In this document: in pieces, positions 62,790-64,000 of the stretch | Position numbering within the stretch: the stretch's first letter is position 1 | How the letters are laid out: every line of letters starts with the position of its first letter | Source: Azolla caroliniana | Lineage: Eukaryota > Plantae > Polypodiophyta | Length of the DNA: 64,000 bases | Assembly: GCA_043228905.1 (NCBI GenBank) | Contig: JBHGNT010000006.1 | Location: forward strand, 15,810,001-15,874,000 | Reading direction: 5' to 3' | Notes under the pieces: generated by a model | The model's input: the letters and a program-made list of their open reading frames with translations, nothing else | What the model was told of the DNA's origin: nothing | The model's database searches: none | Translations under genes and position numbers: made by a program

Positions 62790-63700
62790 TTGTCTAGCAG
62801 TAATGAATTAGAAATGTGTGTGTATGTGTGCGTGTGAGAGAGACACACAACGAAAAAATAGAAAACTATATTCACAGGAATGATAACTGACTAACTTACA
62901 AAGGAGAGGAGAAGAGTGCTTATATAGTCACCTTCTCTCTATACTCTTTAACTAAAACTACCTCTTGAGAAAGAGGGAAAAACTTAACTACCTCATAACT
63001 ATGTGTCATAGGAGTTACATCTATTACACATTAGTTATTGTTACATAGTAGTGGTGGAGTGTCCACATACTTGTAGTACTTAAGGTGTGTGTCCACATAC
63101 TTGACTTTGATTCTCAACATGCCCATTCAAGCTCAACTTCCAGTTGCTGAACAATCGGCTTTTGTCTAGATGTTGTCCAGGTTTGGCTTGATGATGTCTG
63201 GTTTTGGCTTTGCCTCACTCATTTTGCTTTCGGCTCACTCCCCCTCAAGCTCGGTAGATCGGGGGTTGAGAGTCCTAGGTCTGTAGTGAATTGCCGAAGC
63301 TTGTCGAACCCAAGTGCCTTTGTGAAGATGTCGGCCGTCTGAAGGGTACTACTGATGTGTTGAAGGTCGACATCCCCTGCCAGGACACGTTTCGAATGAA
63401 GTTATAGTGCACCTCAATGTGCTTAGTCTGAACGTAGAAGACAAGGTTCTGAGCGAGATGTATGTTGTTTAGGTTGCCGCAGTAAAGTAGGATTGGATCT
63501 TTGATGGAGACGTTCAGATCCTTGAGAATCCTTTTGAGCCATACGACTTCACATGTGGCAACGGCTGCGCCCCTGTATTCGGCCTCTATGCTCGACAATG
63601 CGACTATCGGCTGCTTCTTGCTGCTATAGGATATGGCTCCGTTGCAGAGGGAGAAGATGAATCCAGAGGTTGATCGTTTGTCTGCTCTGTAGCCGGCCCA
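62790..63700 (-). mobile_element. Copia remnant N (H-like): RNase H plus 3' LTR
   Basis: SSIEAEYRGAAVATCEVVWLKRIL...TKHIEVHYNFIR; LTR boundary CTCAACA at 63119. The outer LTR boundary is approximate. Confidence 0.75.
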
Positions 63701-63879
63701 ATAAACCCTTCAAGTCAAATTGGCATTGCCGATTTGTAGAGGATGTCGTAATTCATTGTGCCACTTACATATATTGTAACACTCGCTTAGCGCAATCCAA
63801 ATGAATATTACGTGGTGACCCTTACATATTGTCACCCTTCTGACGTCGCATCGACTATCGGCTAGAGACTCTCCATCCA

Positions 63880-64000
63880 CAAAAGAGGAGTGAAAGCTCA
63901 TGAGTAGAATACCCTACGCATCGGCCATAGGAAGTATTATGTATGTGATGGTGATGACCCAACTAAACCTTGCCTATGTTGTAGAAGTCACCAACCGCTA
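63880..64000 (+). mobile_element. Copia RT fragment running off the window
   Basis: MSRIPYASAIGSIMYVMVMTQLNLAYVV. Confidence 0.7.

Noticed and set aside
63950-64000. GACCCAAC/GTCACCAAC resembling the upstream 10-mer array
   Set aside because: Coincidental; lies within Copia RT coding sequence.

Overview
Eukaryotic nuclear DNA from a land plant, most likely a non-seed plant (fern, lycophyte or bryophyte; inferred from Tcn1-like chromoviruses, tRNA-Trp-primed Ty3 elements and an RTEX-like LINE). About 54 kb of nested retrotransposons lies between two intron-containing genes. Left: a 5-exon gene (<1-2664, +) fusing a ParB/Srx-like domain to a bacterial-type beta-class N4C/N6A DNA methyltransferase, with one in-frame TGA. 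Right: the thylakoid kinase STN8 (58185-61960, -, 4 exons). The nest can be resolved from LTRs, PBSs and target-site duplications (TSDs). Copia A contains solo LTR B, non-coding LTR element C and Ty3 D. Chromovirus E contains Ty3 F and chromovirus L. L contains Ty3 G (holding Copia H), solo LTR K (holding a LINE), chromovirus M and Copia J. Strongest leads: the ParB-methyltransferase gene; element C, which has two inward-facing tRNA-Arg-like PBSs and no adjacent PPT; three Trp-primed Ty3 elements whose 4-bp TSDs all centre on CpG; and a LINE family inserted twice into (CT)n tracts inside LTRs. All coordinates and translations were read by hand and no database search was run.
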